From Salisapilia sapeloensis CBS 127946 (lineage: Eukaryota; Protista; Oomycota), in the NCBI GenBank assembly GCA_023334545.1, contig JAADVB010000154.1, forward strand, positions 1 to 45,878: a DNA stretch of 45,878 nucleotides, written 5' to 3'. A model generated the notes under the pieces. The model was not told where the DNA came from and searched no databases. It saw only the letters and a program-made list of their open reading frames with translations. Each line of letters begins with the position of its first letter. The first letter of the stretch is position 1. A program made the translations under genes and the position numbers. Below are positions 43,084 to 45,878 of the stretch, in pieces.

Positions 43084-43986
43084 ATTTGATTTTTTTTTCT
43101 TGGAGAGGCCGAGAGCTCGTTGCGGTTGAAGTGACGAAGTCGAACGGCGTAAGGACAAATAAAGGGATTGAAAAGATAGTTTGACTCGTGGTGGAAGATG
43201 GTAGCTGCACGATGGCCCATAAACTTATATAGCACGGTTTCCAGTACTCGTTTCTGACTAGAATAAGGTGGTTGAAAGGAAGAAAATGGTGATTCATGCA
43301 AGTAGCAACTCTAGATCATACTGCGACTCCATAGGACAGTCTATCTGGCATCAAGAGACGGATTTGTCAAGAAGAGTTACCATTTGAATGCCTGGCGTTG
43401 CAAGACCAGAAAATGTTATTCGTTTGAAAAGTGACTTGTCTGTGGGGTGGCATGGTGGAATATATTGCTTATAGTGTAATGAACGGTTTACAGTGTCCAA
43501 GCGACTTGAAATCAACTACCTTCAAGATATAGTAACCTAGCGCTCGCAAAATAAAAGTCTTCGAGTGGATGATCTGCCATAGAGGCGAATATAGTTACAC
43601 TTGATACATTGAAACTGGTTGTGGTCGTAGCAATTGGTGCACATCATCAAGACATCACCTACACTCAATTAGCTTTGAAAAACCTCTTTCTCCGTGACAA
43701 ATGAAGCTGGTGCAAGAATGCAATGTATATGCTCCACTAGACCCAAGTAGCGCACCTGCTACGTAACGACCGAGTCGTCCATTAACCTGCATATCGCATT
43801 CAGCATTATGGTGGATGAAGTATGACATCTACTATCTCAACTACTACGTTACACCGTTGCTCGTGCTTTAAAATAACTAGTTCGTGGATGAAAGACCTTC
43901 GGACAATGCCAAGAATGGATAGTACAAATACAGAGTTGTATTTTTATTAATGTCTACTGTGCCGAGGCACACTATCGCTGAAAGCC

Positions 43987-44574
43987 TCAAATGTAGTCGC
44001 AGACACCGGATTTACACTTGAACCCAAGCGGACACTCCAATACGTATTTGCCAGACGATGCGTTCATGCATTTTTTGCTCGAGCTGTCGTCACTGTTCCT
44101 GTGATCTTCATTGTCTTTGCTGTCCTTTTGATCATCTTTGTGATCGTCCTTGTCCTTGTGATCTTCTTTGGTTTCGTGGTCGTTCTTGTCCTTGTGGCTA
44201 TCACTTTCCTTGTAACTATCGCTATCCTTGTTGCTACTACCGTCCTCGTGGCTACTATTGTCCTTGTGGGCTTTCTTGTCCAAATAGGCAGCGTAGTCTT
44301 TGTTGCCTAGTTGGCACGAATTCGAGTTCTTTTCACAATAGAAACCGACATCACAAGACTCGACAAACTCGGCAGTCATAACATTCCAGCATGAGCCTTT
44401 TGGCGGAGAACGGCACTTGTTCGTCCCTTTAGGACAATGCATTCCTTCATCGCAGCTCAAGTAGCAAATATCGTCGCCGTTGGTGGAAACGCGGAGGTGG
44501 ACGGAAGCCTCTTGTTCAGCGTTTACAGAGAGAGCCATGGCAAAGACGGCGGCGAGGATGGCAAAGACTTTCAT
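43987..44574 (-). CDS. Small secreted cysteine-rich protein with a charged H/K/D linker (195 aa)
   Basis: Signal peptide MKVFAILAAVFAMALSVNA, then EQEASVHLRV, an 8-Cys N-terminal region, an HKD-rich spacer and a 4-Cys C-terminal module. An INR-like element sits just upstream. Confidence 0.85.
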   Translation of the reverse strand: MKVFAILAAVFAMALSVNAEQEASVHLRVSTNGDDICYLSCDEGMHCPKGTNKCRSPPKGSCWNVMTAEFVESCDVGFYCEKNSNSCQLGNKDYAAYLDKKAHKDNSSHEDGSSNKDSDSYKESDSHKDKNDHETKEDHKDKDDHKDDQKDSKDNEDHRNSDDSSSKKCMNASSGKYVLECPLGFKCKSGVCDYI

Positions 44575-44600
44575 CGCTTGTGGTTTTGATAGAAAAATAT

Positions 44601-44615
44601 AAAATGGGAATGAGA
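44601..44615 (-). promoter_or_regulatory. INR+FPR-like core promoter of the secreted Cys-rich gene
   Basis: The minus strand reads TCTCATTCCCATTTT, about 27 bp upstream of the ATG at 44574. This supports that ATG over the upstream ORF-track start. Confidence 0.55.
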
Positions 44616-45878
44616 CGAAGATGGAGCGTAATGGAAACGAATGGATAATAGTTTGCAACGATTAAGTCGCACCCATCTAGCGCGTACTGCTGCTGCTGCT
44701 GAGATCGTGAATGGTGAACTTATGCCGTGGGAGAAATAGATGGTTTATATTGGCACGTAAATATCGCAATGGTGTGAAAGCATGGTACTATGGTTCAGAG
44801 GGGATAAATCATGCCGGAGGAAGGTACTCTTGGAGTCGACGGAGTATCTAGTTTTAGAGGAGTTGAGGTTGTGTTCGTTGAGAGCAGAATCGGGTATAAT
44901 GCAAGGCATACTAGGGATTAAGAAAGCGAACATGTGAAAACTGTAATAGAAATCAATGCCTACGTCTTTGGTGGTTCGTCCTAATCGTGGCTCGCTATCT
45001 ACCTTTCCATTTCTATCCGCGTACATCGTCCATTCCTTTGTCATTTTTGGCGGGAATCGTGTCGAGCGTATCGTGTTTGATCGTCGAAAGCCATTCAGGT
45101 TGAAGTTCCATTCGATTTACTTGCGCTAGTGAGCTCATCGTCATTTTATTGGGATGGTGTACTGTGTGAGTCGCAAATACTGCCCAATTATTCCGTCTAC
45201 TACTGTACTACGCCTGTTCCGAAATAAAAGCGAACAGCTCGCTAGTACAAGTAAAGCGAAGAGCTCACCAAACCTTTCGCGCGCTTTTTCAAACGTGCAC
45301 ATCTCGAGTACCAGGCGTGAGTGGAAATCTTCTCGAAGATCTTTTCCTCATGATTTCTGTAAAGATGAAGACAAAGGTGTACTAAAATCAAGCAAGGATA
45401 TGTTCATTTGTAGTAGTGAAAGTTTTATAATCGCGCACAAATTACCAGTAGTCTTTGTCCATGCTGACCTCTACAGACCTGCAGAATTATCCGACCTTTT
45501 AGATGATCGGACGAAAAATATATAAAAACTGGACGGCCGAGACATCAGTCCTCAAGACATGAACTTACAAAAGGATTATTGACAACTTTGACTCCTAATA
45601 CATGTATATACAGGACAATGTCGGCAACTTTGATACCCCCGAAATGAAATTCATATCTTCTCTATGGTTTCACAGATTTTTGTACGATATCAATCTAAGT
45701 GGTGGTTCAAGTGATGCATCATATAAAAAGATGACTGTACTCGTACCTGGGATAATAGAGACTCTGGACCGTAGCCCTCGAAACACGCACAAGAATGGCA
45801 ATTCAAAATACGGAATGGTTTTCCTTAAGAAACAAATGACCTACGTGCCGAGACACACTACCGTCGGAAACCTTAGGC

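Noticed and set aside
44480-44520. RXLR effector call for the secreted Cys-rich protein
   Set aside because: The motif is VHLRV, not RxLR, there is no dEER, and the protein is disulfide-rich, which is more typical of apoplastic proteins.
45154-45525. 123-aa ORF near the window end
   Set aside because: No motif, signal peptide or codon bias that I can recognise.
1-45878. tRNA, rRNA, snRNA, CRISPR arrays, telomeric repeats, intact transposons
   Set aside because: I saw no complete cloverleaf, rRNA/snRNA signature, spaced direct repeats or transposase/RT motifs by eye; degenerate elements cannot be excluded.

Overview
Gene-dense eukaryotic genomic DNA that is almost certainly oomycete (Pythium/Phytophthora-like). 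The evidence is short GT-AG introns (about 55-160 nt), INR/FPR-like and CCAAT promoter elements, an AA17 LPMO domain, and oomycete-type multipass membrane proteins. I can support 16 protein-coding genes. Housekeeping genes: BAP31, RPL14, RPL5, NSRP1-like, TALE homeobox, type II dihydroorotase, EEF1AKMT1, a non-canonical poly(A) polymerase, a thioredoxin, pyruvate carboxylase and myosin I. Accessory genes: two paralogous multipass membrane proteins, an LRR/Cys-repeat receptor-like protein, a fungal-type GH43 arabinanase, an AA17 LPMO-PL1 pectin lyase fusion and a secreted Cys-rich protein. There is also a decayed inverted paralog pair at about 5.9-7.0 kb and a perfect 43-bp palindrome. The most striking element is a two-gene secreted pectin-attack module at 30.3-33.8 kb: a GH43 endo-arabinanase followed by one polypeptide joining a copper LPMO (AA17) to a pectin lyase. 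Second is a TRF4/TENT4-like nucleotidyltransferase that also carries a PAM2-like motif and two TRAF-type zinc fingers. I found no tRNA, rRNA, CRISPR array or intact transposon. All family assignments come from recognising motifs by eye; no database search was run.
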